NCBI GenBank assembly: GCA_044433665.1
Contig: JAWXTJ010000006.1
Span: 5,369-69,368, forward strand
DNA: 64,000 bases
Direction: 5' to 3'
Origin: Rikenellaceae bacterium
GTDB taxonomy: Bacteria > Bacteroidota > Bacteroidia > Bacteroidales > Rikenellaceae
Shown here: positions 1 through 9,583 of the stretch, one piece after another
Position numbering within the stretch: the stretch's first letter is position 1
Layout: every line of letters begins with the position of its first letter
Position numbers and translations under genes: made by a program
Notes under the pieces: model-generated
Seen by the model: only the letters and a program-made list of their open reading frames with translations
The model's database searches: none
Told to the model about the DNA's origin: nothing

Positions 1-1
1 T

Positions 2-145
2 AAAAATGCAATTAAATCTGTTGAGGTTGTTGACTTCGCAGAGTTAGGTATGGAGGCTGTACGTAAGATCTACGTTGAGAATTTCCCTGCATTTATCATT
101 GTTGATGATAAGGGTAACGACTTCTTCGAAGATTTCAAACATTAA
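2..145 (+). CDS. 3' terminal fragment of a class I (Fe-S) fumarate hydratase / tartrate dehydratase beta-like gene; 5' part lies outside the window
   Basis: Open frame from the window edge reads ...[39 protein letters not shown], then TAA at 143-145. The [14 protein letters not shown] tail matches my memory of the FumA/FumB C-terminus. Only 47 codons are visible. Confidence 0.5.
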   Translation, partial: KNAIKSVEVVDFAELGMEAVRKIYVENFPAFIIVDDKGNDFFEDFKH

Positions 146-432
146 GTAGTGTGAAACAATTATTGCCATATTTTTAAAAGCACTCTTGGAGCGATATTTT
201 TCACTATTAAATCCCAATATAGAATAACTATATTTTCGATTCAATAGCAAAAAATCTCATCTCCAATAGCACTCTTAAAAATACACCAATAATTATTTTA
301 CTATACTTAGAGTTTTAAAACTCAATAATAATTTCTCAAAGTGAGAATCTGCAAAAAAAAAAACTTAATTTTGGCGCAGATTCTTACTTTCTAGTTATAA
401 TAAATAGGTATGTTCAATCGTTAGTATTGTCG

Positions 433-2292
433 ATGAAAAGATTAGGACTTAAAATATCACTTGCCGTAGCAGCGCTACTTGTCACCTTAGCAACGTTTGC
501 GCAGAGTGCTACTACCTTCACCACCAATGCGCCAATGCAGGTTGCCGTTGGTGAAACTTTCCGCATTGAGTTTGCTCTTAATGCAACTCCCGAAGACGAC
601 ACATTTACTCCGCCATCACTCTCAGGATTCGATGTTTTGGCTGGGCCAGCTATCTCACGAGGCTCTTCGGTGCAAATTATCAATGGCTCGATGACCAAGA
701 GCGTAAATGTCACCTACACATTTGTTGTTGTGGCAAATAGCGCAGGCACCAATACAATTGAGGCGGCATCGGTAATTGTCGATGGAAAAAAAATCACAAC
801 AAAACCACTACCGATTGAGGTAGTTGCTGAAACTGCACAACAGCAGCAACAATCAGCCTCATCTGGATCAAGAAACCAACAGCAAAATAACTCTCAAAAT
901 GATAGAATTGCTGAAGATGATGTTTTGCTTCGCACGGAGGTATCTCGCACATCACTCTTTAAAGGTGAGCCACTTAGAGCAACAATCAAACTATACTCTC
1001 GTGTAGCAATAGCTGGTGCTGAGAATGAGAAAATGCCATCTTTCAATGGCTTCTGGTCACAAGATATTCGAAGCAAAAACCGAGATGTTCAACGTGAAAC
1101 CTACAACGGCAAAGTATACGATACTCAAATCCTATACGATTATCTGCTATACCCTCAACAATCGGGAAGCCTTACAATAGACCCTGCGTCGCTGACGGTA
1201 ATAGCTCAAGTGAGAGTAAGAAGTAATAATATTGACCCATTCTTTGGTGGTGGTTTCGAGGTGATAAATGTTCGTCGTCCACTAACAACACAAAAAATTA
1301 CAATCGACGTTAAGGAGCTGCCAGCAGGTGCTCCAGCATCATTCAAAGGTGCTGTCGGTAACTTTACTCTCGACTGCTCACTCTCACCCGAGGGAAGCGT
1401 CACAAGTAACTCTTCGCTTGCATATACAGTGAAGATCTCAGGAACAGGAAATCTTTCGCTTCTTCAAGCACCAGAGGTTACACTTCCTTCAACATTCGAA
1501 CAATATAGTGTTAAGACAACCGAGTCGATCAACACAAATCAATATGGTGCAAGTGGATACAAGCAATTTGAATATCCAATTATACCACGTACGGAGGGTG
1601 AGTTTTCGATCAGCCCAACGCAATTTAGCTTCTTCAATACTCAAAAAATGAGATACGAGACTCTGGAGTCTCCACTCTATAACTTAGAGGTTCTACCCGA
1701 TAGCACAGCAACGGGTGGTGGTGACGGCTCTGCAACGGTACGTCGTTCAATGGCTCGTGAGGATGTGAAACTCTTGGGTGAAGATATTCGTTTTATAAAG
1801 ATCGGAAAGGCAAATCTTAGCACCGAGAGCAGACCATTTATCCTGTCACAAGCATATTACGCTGCGATAGCTGCAATCTTTGCAATCTTCGCTCTAATCT
1901 CTATCTTGCTTAATCGTCATATTAAAGAGTCTAAAAACTCAACTCTTGTACGTGGTAAACGTGCAAATAAGGTTGCTGTGCAGCGCTTCAAAGCGGCTAA
2001 CGCATTTATGACAGCTCACGACGAGAAATCATTCTACAAAGAGGTGCTGAGTGCAATATGGGGATATATGAGCGACAAATTCAATATTCCAGTTGCCAAC
2101 CTAACCAAAGAGAGTGTACGCAAGGAGCTTGGCCGACGAGGAGTATCACAAGAGCTTATCACGGGTTTCTCAGAGATCACAACGATTTGTGACGAGGCAC
2201 AATACTCTCCAATGGCTTCAGCTCAGATGAATGAGGTTTACACAACAACCGTTAAGTTAATTTCAAAAATTGAAACCGAGATTAAACGATAA
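433..2292 (+). CDS. batD: BatD-like aerotolerance-operon protein (secreted, C-terminal membrane anchor)
   Basis: Signal peptide MKRLGLKISLAVAALLVTLATFAQS, Q/N-rich linker, C-terminal TM helix YYAAIAAIFAIFALISILL. Directly followed by a TPR+SH3 gene, as in batD-batE. ATG at 433 preferred over the TTG at 427. Confidence 0.6.
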   Translation: MKRLGLKISLAVAALLVTLATFAQSATTFTTNAPMQVAVGETFRIEFALNATPEDDTFTPPSLSGFDVLAGPAISRGSSVQIINGSMTKSVNVTYTFVVVANSAGTNTIEAASVIVDGKKITTKPLPIEVVAETAQQQQQSASSGSRNQQQNNSQNDRIAEDDVLLRTEVSRTSLFKGEPLRATIKLYSRVAIAGAENEKMPSFNGFWSQDIRSKNRDVQRETYNGKVYDTQILYDYLLYPQQSGSLTIDPASLTVIAQVRVRSNNIDPFFGGGFEVINVRRPLTTQKITIDVKELPAGAPASFKGAVGNFTLDCSLSPEGSVTSNSSLAYTVKISGTGNLSLLQAPEVTLPSTFEQYSVKTTESINTNQYGASGYKQFEYPIIPRTEGEFSISPTQFSFFNTQKMRYETLESPLYNLEVLPDSTATGGGDGSATVRRSMAREDVKLLGEDIRFIKIGKANLSTESRPFILSQAYYAAIAAIFAIFALISILLNRHIKESKNSTLVRGKRANKVAVQRFKAANAFMTAHDEKSFYKEVLSAIWGYMSDKFNIPVANLTKESVRKELGRRGVSQELITGFSEITTICDEAQYSPMASAQMNEVYTTTVKLISKIETEIKR

Positions 2293-2298
2293 TATACT

Positions 2299-3117
2299 AT
2301 GAAACACTTATTTATAACCATTTCACTGTTATGGATCTCACTCTCGGCAATAGGCTCAGAGGTTGACTCACTGCAAACGGAGACCCTCGGACAAGAGAAA
2401 GTAATAGTTGCAGAAGAGGCATCAGCAGAGTTGCTTTGGGATAATGCAAACACCGCCTATATCAATGGAAATTTTGCCGAGGCAATAGAACTCTACACTG
2501 CAATTGTTGAGCAAGGGTTATCGTCCGATAAACTATTTTTTAACCTCGGAAATGCCTACTATAAAAGCGACGATATGGCACGTGCGATACTCAATTATCA
2601 GAAAGCGTTGCTTATCTCGCCCAACGATGCCGATATTCTATATAATTTAGGAGTTGCTCAATCTCAAATCAGAGATCAGATTGAGGAGATGCCTGAACTA
2701 TTCCTACGCAAATGGAATCACTCGATAGCTCAATCGTTTGACTGCACAGGCTGGAGTATCATTTCGCTTATTGCACTCTGCATTGTGCTTGCTTCGGTAC
2801 TTCTTTTTGTGCTCTCAGACACAATTAAGTTGCGCAAAACAGGTTTCAGCATCGGTCTACTCTTCCTGTTTATGTTTGCAATGTCGACAGGATATGCTTT
2901 AGCCGAACGCAAGGAGATATTGAACCATAATAAGGCGGTTATCATGAGCCAAAGTATTGCAATTAAAAGCTCTCCCGATCGTTCAGCGACAGATCTATTT
3001 GTGCTACACAGTGGTACCACAGTTAAGATCCTTCGTGAGATCGACGCATGGTATGAGATCGTTATTGCCGATGGAAAAACAGGTTGGATCGAAAGAACAC
3101 GAGTAGAACAAATATAG
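2299..3117 (+). CDS. batE: BatE-like TPR repeat / SH3b-domain membrane protein
   Basis: TPR-like repeats (FFNLGNAYYKSDDMARAILNYQKALLISPND), two TM segments and an SH3b-like C-terminus (WYEIVIADGKTGWIERTRV). Lies 7 nt after the batD-like gene. Confidence 0.55.
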   Translation: MKHLFITISLLWISLSAIGSEVDSLQTETLGQEKVIVAEEASAELLWDNANTAYINGNFAEAIELYTAIVEQGLSSDKLFFNLGNAYYKSDDMARAILNYQKALLISPNDADILYNLGVAQSQIRDQIEEMPELFLRKWNHSIAQSFDCTGWSIISLIALCIVLASVLLFVLSDTIKLRKTGFSIGLLFLFMFAMSTGYALAERKEILNHNKAVIMSQSIAIKSSPDRSATDLFVLHSGTTVKILREIDAWYEIVIADGKTGWIERTRVEQI

Positions 3118-3124
3118 GAAAGCC

Positions 3125-3721
3125 TTGTCAAAACTACTAGATAATGCAGTCGGGGAGCTCACAAAGCTACCTGGAATTGGACGACGCACAGCCTTGCGTC
3201 TAGCGCTCCACATCCTTAAGATGGAGAGCGGTTCTGTGGCAGAACTTACCGATGGCATAGATGATTTTCGCAATAAAATAAAGTTCTGTAGATCCTGCAA
3301 TAACCTCTCAGACGAGGATATATGCACAATATGTAGTGACACACAAAGGGATCACTCCACAATTTGCGTTGTGGAGCAGGTCTCAGATCTTCTATCCATT
3401 GAAAAGACAAATCAATATAAAGGGTTATATCATGTCCTCGGTGGAGTAATATCGCCGATGCAAGGCGTAGGCCCTTCAGACCTGAAGATTGACCTACTTA
3501 CAGAGCGTGCAGCAAAGAGCGAAGTAAAGGAGATTATCCTAGCTATATCAACCTCAATAGAGGGCGAAACGACACACTTCTTTATAATGAATCGTCTAAA
3601 GGGTATACCATCACTAAAGATCACAACAATAGCTAGAGGAATAGGCTTTGGCGATGAATTAGAGTACGTCGATGAGTTAACAATAACTCACGCTCTTAGA
3701 AACCGCAGACAAACAGAGTAA
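3125..3721 (+). CDS. recR: Recombination protein RecR
   Basis: 198 aa with the N-terminal HhH motif LTKLPGIGRRTALRLALHIL, the Cys4 zinc finger CRSCNNLSDEDICTIC and a Toprim-like C-terminus. TTG start. Confidence 0.9.
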   Translation: MSKLLDNAVGELTKLPGIGRRTALRLALHILKMESGSVAELTDGIDDFRNKIKFCRSCNNLSDEDICTICSDTQRDHSTICVVEQVSDLLSIEKTNQYKGLYHVLGGVISPMQGVGPSDLKIDLLTERAAKSEVKEIILAISTSIEGETTHFFIMNRLKGIPSLKITTIARGIGFGDELEYVDELTITHALRNRRQTE

Positions 3722-3726
3722 TTTTC

Positions 3727-3764
3727 CTCTCATCCTACCTATAACACAGGATGATGAGTTTTAT
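3727..3764 (+). terminator. Hairpin plus U-rich tail downstream of recR
   Basis: tcatcct (3730-3736) pairs with aggatga (3748-3754), extended by ctc/gag with a 1-nt bulge. Followed by gagttttatg. Confidence 0.4.
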
Positions 3765-3859
3765 GAATCTGTTTAAATTTTTCTCGCTAAAATTGTTAAG
3801 AGAGAAAAGTGAAGTGGCAGATCCTTAACAAATTAGATGAGATAAATTTAAACAGATTC
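3765..3859. repeat. 16-bp perfect inverted repeat pair enclosing a 63-nt spacer between convergent recR and recG
   Basis: gaatctgtttaaattt at 3765-3780 and its exact reverse complement aaatttaaacagattc at 3844-3859. An inner imperfect pair (aattgttaag / cttaacaaatt) nests inside. Confidence 0.6.
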
Positions 3860-5964
3860 TAAGAGATCATTGAGAAGTCTATTGATTCTTTTCCTGAGAA
3901 GGAGCGTTTTAGTTTTTGCAGTCCTTTGTTTTTATCATTTGATAGAGTTGGGTCGTCTGAAAGGATTGTTGCTGCTAGGTCTCGGGTTGTATTCAATAGC
4001 TCAATATCTAATGTGGGGTTTGCTATGCGGAGATTTATAGCTTCGCCACTCTGCATGGTTCCTGCAATGTCGCCTGCTCCTCGTAGTTCTAAGTCTAGTT
4101 CTGAAAGGCGGAAACCATCGTTCGTTTCACACATCGCTTCCATGCGTTTTCGGGACTCTTTAGAGAGTTTATCCCCCGTCATAAGTATACAATATGATTG
4201 CTCGGCTCCACGTCCTACACGACCTCGAAGTTGATGTAATTGTGATAACCCGAAGCGCTCGGCCGACTCTATGACCATCACCGAAGCGTTGGGAACATCT
4301 ACACCTACTTCAATTACAGATGTGGCAACCATTATTTGTGCTTCACCACTTTTGAATTGACGCATTGACTCCTCCTTGTCGACAGGCTTCATCTTGCCGT
4401 GACAAATTGAGGTGTTATATTGGGGAAGTGGAAAGTCTCGTGAGATTGACTCGTAACCATCTTCGAGATCCTTGTAATCCATGCTCTCGGACTCTCGAAT
4501 TAATGGGTAGACAACATATACTTGTCTGCCTTTACCGATCTCCTCTCGCATGAAACCTTGCACCCGTAGGCGGTTGGCATCTGTAAAATGGACTGTGCGT
4601 ATTGGTTGTCTATTTGGTGGGAGCTCGTCGATTATCGAAACATCAAGATCTCCGTATAGGGTCATCGCTAAGGTTCTCGGAATGGGGGTGGCAGTCATAA
4701 CGAGAATATGTGGTGGTTGAGCATTTTTATTCCATAGCTTCGCACGCTGCTCCACACCGAAACGATGTTGTTCGTCGATCACGACAAAGCCAAGATTGGA
4801 GAATTGAACTTTATGCTCAATTAGGGCGTGGGTGCCAATAAGAATGTCAATTGTGCCATCTATAGCACCTGCCAGTGAGGCCTTACGCTCCTTGGCCTTG
4901 GAGGCTCCCGTGAGTATTCCAATATTCACATCTAACCCCTCGCACATTCGACACATGTTAGCATAATGTTGACGTGCAAGAATCTCCGTGGGTGCCATTA
5001 TAGCTGCTTGAAAACCATTATCTACAGCGAGGAGCATCGACATTAAGGCAACGATAGTTTTTCCGCTACCTACGTCACCTTGCAGGAGGCGGTTCATTTG
5101 AAAACCTGTTACTGTATCTTGTCGAATCTCCTTGACCACTCGTTTTTGTGCTCCTGTGAGAGCAAAGGGGAGCTTCTGGGTGTAGAAATCATTGAAGTTA
5201 TTACCTACCTTGTTAAATATAAAACCATTGTTTTTACTTAGTCGCACGGTACGACGAGATTGAATATTGAGCTGCAAACCTAATAGCTCGTCGAATTTTA
5301 GTCGGTGACGTGCTCTTTGAAGTAATTCTGCGGATTGTGGAAAATGAATATTATAGAGTGCATCTCGGAGCGATAGCAGAGAGTATTGCGTGCGAATATA
5401 TTCTGGGCAGTGATCTTCGATCTTTCCATCGACATGAGGCCAAAGATTACAGATTGTTGTGTAGAGTCCTTTAGCTCCCATAGATTTTGTTATTCGTTCG
5501 GTTGTGGAGTATATTCCTTGCATTCCACTGAGCACCTTTCGGCTATATGCTTTCTCTACAGATTCAATTTCGGGGTGAACCATTGATAGTGTAACATTGA
5601 AGTGTGCAGGGCGACCAAAGATTAGATACTCTCGACCCACCTCAATCTGCTTTTCGATCCAGGAGATACCTTTAAACCAGATAAGCTCAGCTGTACCGCT
5701 CTTATCGGCCACGGTCACAATATAGCGACGTTTAGCCCCCTCACCCATATAACTCACTCCAATCACCCGACCTCGAATTTGAATTAAACTCTGTTCCGCA
5801 AGATCAACTTGCGAAATTGGGTATATCTGCGTGCGGTCGATATATCGGAATGGAAAGTGATAGAGCATATCTCCATAAGTACGTATAGAGAGCTCCTTGT
5901 CGAGCATTTTTGCCCGAGCATCGCCCACACCAGCCACAAACTTTATATCTGAAAGAAGTATCAT
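3859..5964 (-). CDS. recG: ATP-dependent DNA helicase RecG
   Basis: 701 aa with an N-terminal wedge/OB region, Walker A GDVGSGKT, DEQH box (VVIDEQHRFG) and the helicase C motif QLHQLRGRVGRG. Confidence 0.9.
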   Translation of the reverse strand: MILLSDIKFVAGVGDARAKMLDKELSIRTYGDMLYHFPFRYIDRTQIYPISQVDLAEQSLIQIRGRVIGVSYMGEGAKRRYIVTVADKSGTAELIWFKGISWIEKQIEVGREYLIFGRPAHFNVTLSMVHPEIESVEKAYSRKVLSGMQGIYSTTERITKSMGAKGLYTTICNLWPHVDGKIEDHCPEYIRTQYSLLSLRDALYNIHFPQSAELLQRARHRLKFDELLGLQLNIQSRRTVRLSKNNGFIFNKVGNNFNDFYTQKLPFALTGAQKRVVKEIRQDTVTGFQMNRLLQGDVGSGKTIVALMSMLLAVDNGFQAAIMAPTEILARQHYANMCRMCEGLDVNIGILTGASKAKERKASLAGAIDGTIDILIGTHALIEHKVQFSNLGFVVIDEQHRFGVEQRAKLWNKNAQPPHILVMTATPIPRTLAMTLYGDLDVSIIDELPPNRQPIRTVHFTDANRLRVQGFMREEIGKGRQVYVVYPLIRESESMDYKDLEDGYESISRDFPLPQYNTSICHGKMKPVDKEESMRQFKSGEAQIMVATSVIEVGVDVPNASVMVIESAERFGLSQLHQLRGRVGRGAEQSYCILMTGDKLSKESRKRMEAMCETNDGFRLSELDLELRGAGDIAGTMQSGEAINLRIANPTLDIELLNTTRDLAATILSDDPTLSNDKNKGLQKLKRSFSGKESIDFSMIS

Positions 5965-6019
5965 AGCACAAAATTACAATATTTTTCTCAATTTTTTTTG
6001 GCAATATTACCAAAAAAAG

Positions 6020-6027
6020 TATCTTTG
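6020..6027 (+). promoter_or_regulatory. Bacteroides-type -7 promoter box (TAtcTTTG) for the 6056 gene
   Basis: Exact match to TAnnTTTG, 28 nt upstream of the ATG at 6056. Confidence 0.5.
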
Positions 6028-6055
6028 TATCCAAACACTAAATATATAGTATATT

Positions 6056-6994
6056 ATGGAAGAGAAGAATTGGGAGTATGACCCATCAGAATTTGAGGAG
6101 AACCAATACGATAATGACACAAATAGCACTGATAAATCAATTTTTGGCTATCGTGTAGTGATTGGAATTTTAGCGGTGATTTTGGTTGCGCTATCGTTCT
6201 TATATTTTAATATTCATCGTCAGCAGCAGGCCGATTACGACCTTTTGTCGATTGCACGTGACTCTATTGAGAGTGATTTGAATGGTCTTATTTTAGATTT
6301 TGATGATCTGCAAGGTGTGAACGACAGTATGAATCTTACAATTGTCGAGGAGCGACACAAAGCCGATTCGATTATCAATCAGTTGAAGCGTGAGCGTACA
6401 TTTAACTATAACAAACTTAAGCAATACGAAAAAGAGGTTAGCACACTTACGGCAATTGCAAAGAGTTATCTTCACACGATCGACTCACTGAATAACCTCA
6501 ATGAGAAACTTATCACCGAGAATGTAACCTATCGCAAGAAGATCTCGGCTCAGGAGTTGCGTGCTGAGATGGCTGAGGAGCGAGCTAAGGAGTTGGATAA
6601 TATTGTAGCTCAAGGTTCTGTTTTGCGAGCTAGAGATCTTTCAATGGTGGCGCTTAATGAGCGTGGAAATGAGGTTTCACGTGTTAAGAGAGCTGAGAAG
6701 CTAAGAGTTGACTTTACTATCTCTTCAAATGAGTTTGCCGAACCAGGTAATGTTGAGATCTATTTGCGTATTATCTCGCCCGATGGTTTCCCGCTTTCGA
6801 CAGATGCTTTGCCAACATTCCAATATGATGGACAGACTCTAACATATTCGGCTTCACGTACCGTAGAGTTTAAAAACGAGGATCTTCCAGTAAGTATATA
6901 TTATGATGGTTCAGGATATATCGACGGAAAATATAAAATCGAACTTTACACGGGCGGTTATCAATTAGCTTCGAGTGAGATAAGCATGAGATAA
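6056..6994 (+). CDS. Hypothetical membrane-anchored coiled-coil protein
   Basis: 312 aa with an acidic N-terminus, one TM helix (VVIGILAVILVALSFLYF), a long heptad-like region and a beta-rich C-terminus. No family recognised. Confidence 0.55.
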   Translation: MEEKNWEYDPSEFEENQYDNDTNSTDKSIFGYRVVIGILAVILVALSFLYFNIHRQQQADYDLLSIARDSIESDLNGLILDFDDLQGVNDSMNLTIVEERHKADSIINQLKRERTFNYNKLKQYEKEVSTLTAIAKSYLHTIDSLNNLNEKLITENVTYRKKISAQELRAEMAEERAKELDNIVAQGSVLRARDLSMVALNERGNEVSRVKRAEKLRVDFTISSNEFAEPGNVEIYLRIISPDGFPLSTDALPTFQYDGQTLTYSASRTVEFKNEDLPVSIYYDGSGYIDGKYKIELYTGGYQLASSEISMR

Positions 6995-7011
6995 CGACCA
7001 TATGCACAAAC

Positions 7012-7041
7012 AAAAAAACCACCTCGAAAGGTGGTTTTTTT
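7012..7041. terminator. Bidirectional rho-independent terminator between convergent genes
   Basis: aaaaaaaCCACCtcgaaaGGTGGttttttt: a GC stem flanked by an A-run and a T-run. Confidence 0.75.
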
Positions 7042-7056
7042 GTTTGCCTGAGGAAA

Positions 7057-7431
7057 TTACTTCTTGATTGGCATTCTACGCTCTTTGATACGAGCTTTCT
7101 TACCTGTAAGTTCACGGAAGTAGTAGATACGTGCACGGCGTACAACACCATACTTGTTAACCTCGATCTTCTCGATGTGTGGAGAGTAAAGTGGGAAGAT
7201 ACGCTCAACGCCAATACCATTAGAGATCTTGCGGATTGTAAACATCTTAGTTTTACCTGTACCCTTGATTTGGATAACCACACCACGGAATGATTGAAGG
7301 CGCTCTTTGCTACCCTCAACAATTTTGTAAGTTACGGTGATTGTGTCACCTGCGCCAAATGCTGGAATATCAGCATCGGTCTTTGTCCACATCTGCTCGT
7401 TTACGAGCTTAATCAATGCGTCTTTGCTCAT
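7057..7431 (-). CDS. rplS: 50S ribosomal protein L19
   Basis: 124 aa; [30 protein letters not shown] and [20 protein letters not shown] are typical of bL19. Confidence 0.95.
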   Translation of the reverse strand: MSKDALIKLVNEQMWTKTDADIPAFGAGDTITVTYKIVEGSKERLQSFRGVVIQIKGTGKTKMFTIRKISNGIGVERIFPLYSPHIEKIEVNKYGVVRRARIYYFRELTGKKARIKERRMPIKK

Positions 7432-7610
7432 TGTTGCAATAGTTTTTTATTTTTTAGCGAACGACATTATCGCTGCATTGCCTCTACCATAACACTTAAC
7501 TAAGTGCTAATCCTAAAAGTCGCTTTTTTAAAGATTTATGCCTATAAAAAAACTCCCTAAAATGTGCAATACCCAATATAAGAGGTTGTTTCACTTCCCT
7601 TTCGGGACTG

Positions 7611-7618
7611 CAAAGATA
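7611..7618 (-). promoter_or_regulatory. Candidate -7 box (TAtcTTTG on the minus strand) for rplS, implying a leader of about 170 nt
   Basis: Plus-strand caaagata is the only CAAAnnTA match between rplS and the upstream gene. It sits in the arm of a hairpin. Confidence 0.35.
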
Positions 7619-7725
7619 ATGAAAAAAAAGAAAAAAGAGATCTTTTGCAGCTTTTTTTGAGAAACAATCTCTTTTTTTTGTGGTTCTTAACACATTTTAG
7701 AGAGTGATCGTTTTTTACAGTGCGC

Positions 7726-8244
7726 TTATTTTAGGCAGTCACCGATGGCGGATAGTGACGAGATGTCGGAAACAGAGAAGTTACCTGTTATGTATAATAT
7801 TACTCGTTGATCTTTTTGACGTACAAGCATCAAAAATTCACATATTTTATCCTTCGTGTCGTTGTGTGTTGCAAAGTAAAAATTACTAATCTCGCCGCTC
7901 TGGTTTATTGAGGTGATTAGATCAAAACCATCACAAAGTTTAGGTAGCTCTAAAATATCATCGTAGAGTATGCCTTTGCCCTCTTGTCTTTCGACCATTA
8001 TATTCATTGATTTTATTGAACTGAGCAGTTCTACATCATCTCCATCGGTATCACTAGATAGTTGAAGGACTGACGCTAACATATTTGTCATCGAAGAGCC
8101 AATCTCAATTATGGTTATATCTTGACAATCTCTATATGTGTCGAAGAATGTGTTGATTTTGTCGTTGTTACTCTTGAAACTATCCTGAGCCCAGAGCGTG
8201 CTGGAGAATAGAGATAAGCATATAATTAATAATATTCGTTTCAT
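7726..8244 (-). CDS. Secreted DUF4252-like protein
   Basis: 172 aa with signal peptide MKRILLIICLSLFSSTLWAQ. Its size and its position at the end of an ECF sigma/anti-sigma cluster fit the DUF4252 context as I remember it. The family was not verified. Confidence 0.4.
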   Translation of the reverse strand: MKRILLIICLSLFSSTLWAQDSFKSNNDKINTFFDTYRDCQDITIIEIGSSMTNMLASVLQLSSDTDGDDVELLSSIKSMNIMVERQEGKGILYDDILELPKLCDGFDLITSINQSGEISNFYFATHNDTKDKICEFLMLVRQKDQRVILYITGNFSVSDISSLSAIGDCLK

Positions 8245-8249
8245 GATCT

Positions 8250-9149
8250 TTATAGTTTAAATGTAATACCTGCCGAAAGTGTATTGGTTGCAGGGCCTTG
8301 ATCTTGGTTGAAAAGTGTCGATAGATTGTAGTCGCAATATACACCTATGCCGCTGTGATAAACTGCAAATGAGACTCCAGCTACGGCTTGATTTAGGCCG
8401 CTAAGTTGTTTGGTTTTGACTTTAGGCCTTTTATATTTTGTGTTTGAACTTGTGAGGATTCCAGCATAGAGAGAGGGTTCTATATATGTTTTTTTAGCAA
8501 CCTTTACCGAGAGCGATAACGGAATAGCTAAATATGTTGTTGTAAGTTTACTTTTCTTATTGCTACTATCTATTGCAACGGGGGTAACCATTCCATTTTG
8601 ACTCTCTAGGGTGATGTCATTCGAGAATGTGAAGTTGTAACACATTAAGTTGATACCTGTTTTTAGATTCAAACTGCCACTGTTGTTCAGCGGTAATCTT
8701 AAACTCATTAGGTCGAGTCCATAGAAGATTGATTTGCCCGTTTTAAGGTTAAGGAAATTTTTGTCGACTGTCGAGTATAATGAATAGTCGGGAGATACGA
8801 GAGCTATTAATCCCAATTTTGAGTTTGAGACAAATGATAATTTGCTCTTCTTCTCCTTAATTTTGGTAAATCCATCTTCTGCCACCTGCGCCTTATTAAT
8901 ACTTGCTCCTTGAGGGCCTATGTTAAGTTGGCGGGTGTTGTAATCGCTATCTTTTTTCTCTCCAGTTAGAGATATTTGGTAGCCTGCAATATTTATCAGG
9001 ACACCTTGCTCTTCGTTTTGTTGCAGGATTATATCGTCACCATTTTCAACTTTAAATGTTGCGAGGGTATCTTTTTTTTGTAGCTCTTGTCCTGAGAGGA
9101 TTGTAAGTGAGACGAAGAGCGAGACGAGGGTTAAGATTATTTTTTTCAT
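8250..9149 (-). CDS. Outer-membrane beta-barrel protein (porin-like)
   Basis: 299 aa with a signal peptide, alternating hydrophobic beta-strand pattern and C-terminal ...LSAGITFKL. Confidence 0.5.
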   Translation of the reverse strand: MKKIILTLVSLFVSLTILSGQELQKKDTLATFKVENGDDIILQQNEEQGVLINIAGYQISLTGEKKDSDYNTRQLNIGPQGASINKAQVAEDGFTKIKEKKSKLSFVSNSKLGLIALVSPDYSLYSTVDKNFLNLKTGKSIFYGLDLMSLRLPLNNSGSLNLKTGINLMCYNFTFSNDITLESQNGMVTPVAIDSSNKKSKLTTTYLAIPLSLSVKVAKKTYIEPSLYAGILTSSNTKYKRPKVKTKQLSGLNQAVAGVSFAVYHSGIGVYCDYNLSTLFNQDQGPATNTLSAGITFKL

Positions 9150-9152
9150 GGC

Positions 9153-9581
9153 CTATTTTTTTATTGATTCAAGTAGATTTATTGTTTGTGAGAGTTTATC
9201 GAGGTGACTTAGGTATTTAAGTTGCTCCTTTGCTATCTCCATGTCGGTGATCGGTTCACCGTTGATGTAACAGAGGATCTCCGCTTCGTTTAATGTAGAA
9301 GAGGTGGGGGAGAGGTTGATGAGTAGGCCAATGGCAATTATTGCTGCCGCCGCTGTAAGTGATGTGGCTAGCTTTATGATTTTTGCTCTGTTTTTAGGTT
9401 TTTGTGTCTCTTCGTGCTCTTTGCGGAGATCGGAGAATCCGTCAAGCATTATTTTTAGGGCTTGCTGCTCCTCGCTTCTTGGGTGCTGCTGTGAGAGTAG
9501 CTTGCGAAGTTCTTGCTGCTCTGTGGAGGTAATTGTTGCGCTCCAATAGGCTGCTGAGAGTTTATCTATTCTATTTTTCAT
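9153..9581 (-). CDS. Putative anti-sigma factor (single-pass membrane protein)
   Basis: 142 aa with a central TM segment (LTAAAAIIAIGLLI). Lies 2 nt downstream of the ECF sigma gene. Confidence 0.4.
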   Translation of the reverse strand: MKNRIDKLSAAYWSATITSTEQQELRKLLSQQHPRSEEQQALKIMLDGFSDLRKEHEETQKPKNRAKIIKLATSLTAAAAIIAIGLLINLSPTSSTLNEAEILCYINGEPITDMEIAKEQLKYLSHLDKLSQTINLLESIKK

Positions 9582-9583
9582 CG

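Noticed and set aside
44-250. 68-aa minus-strand ORF at the window start
   Set aside because: It overlaps the well-supported fumarate hydratase-like C-terminus on the plus strand, and no motifs were recognised.
836-905. CAG/CAA-rich repeat in DNA
   Set aside because: It is in frame within the batD-like gene and encodes a Q/N-rich linker (QQQQQSASSGSRNQQQNNSQN). This is coding low complexity, not a non-coding satellite.
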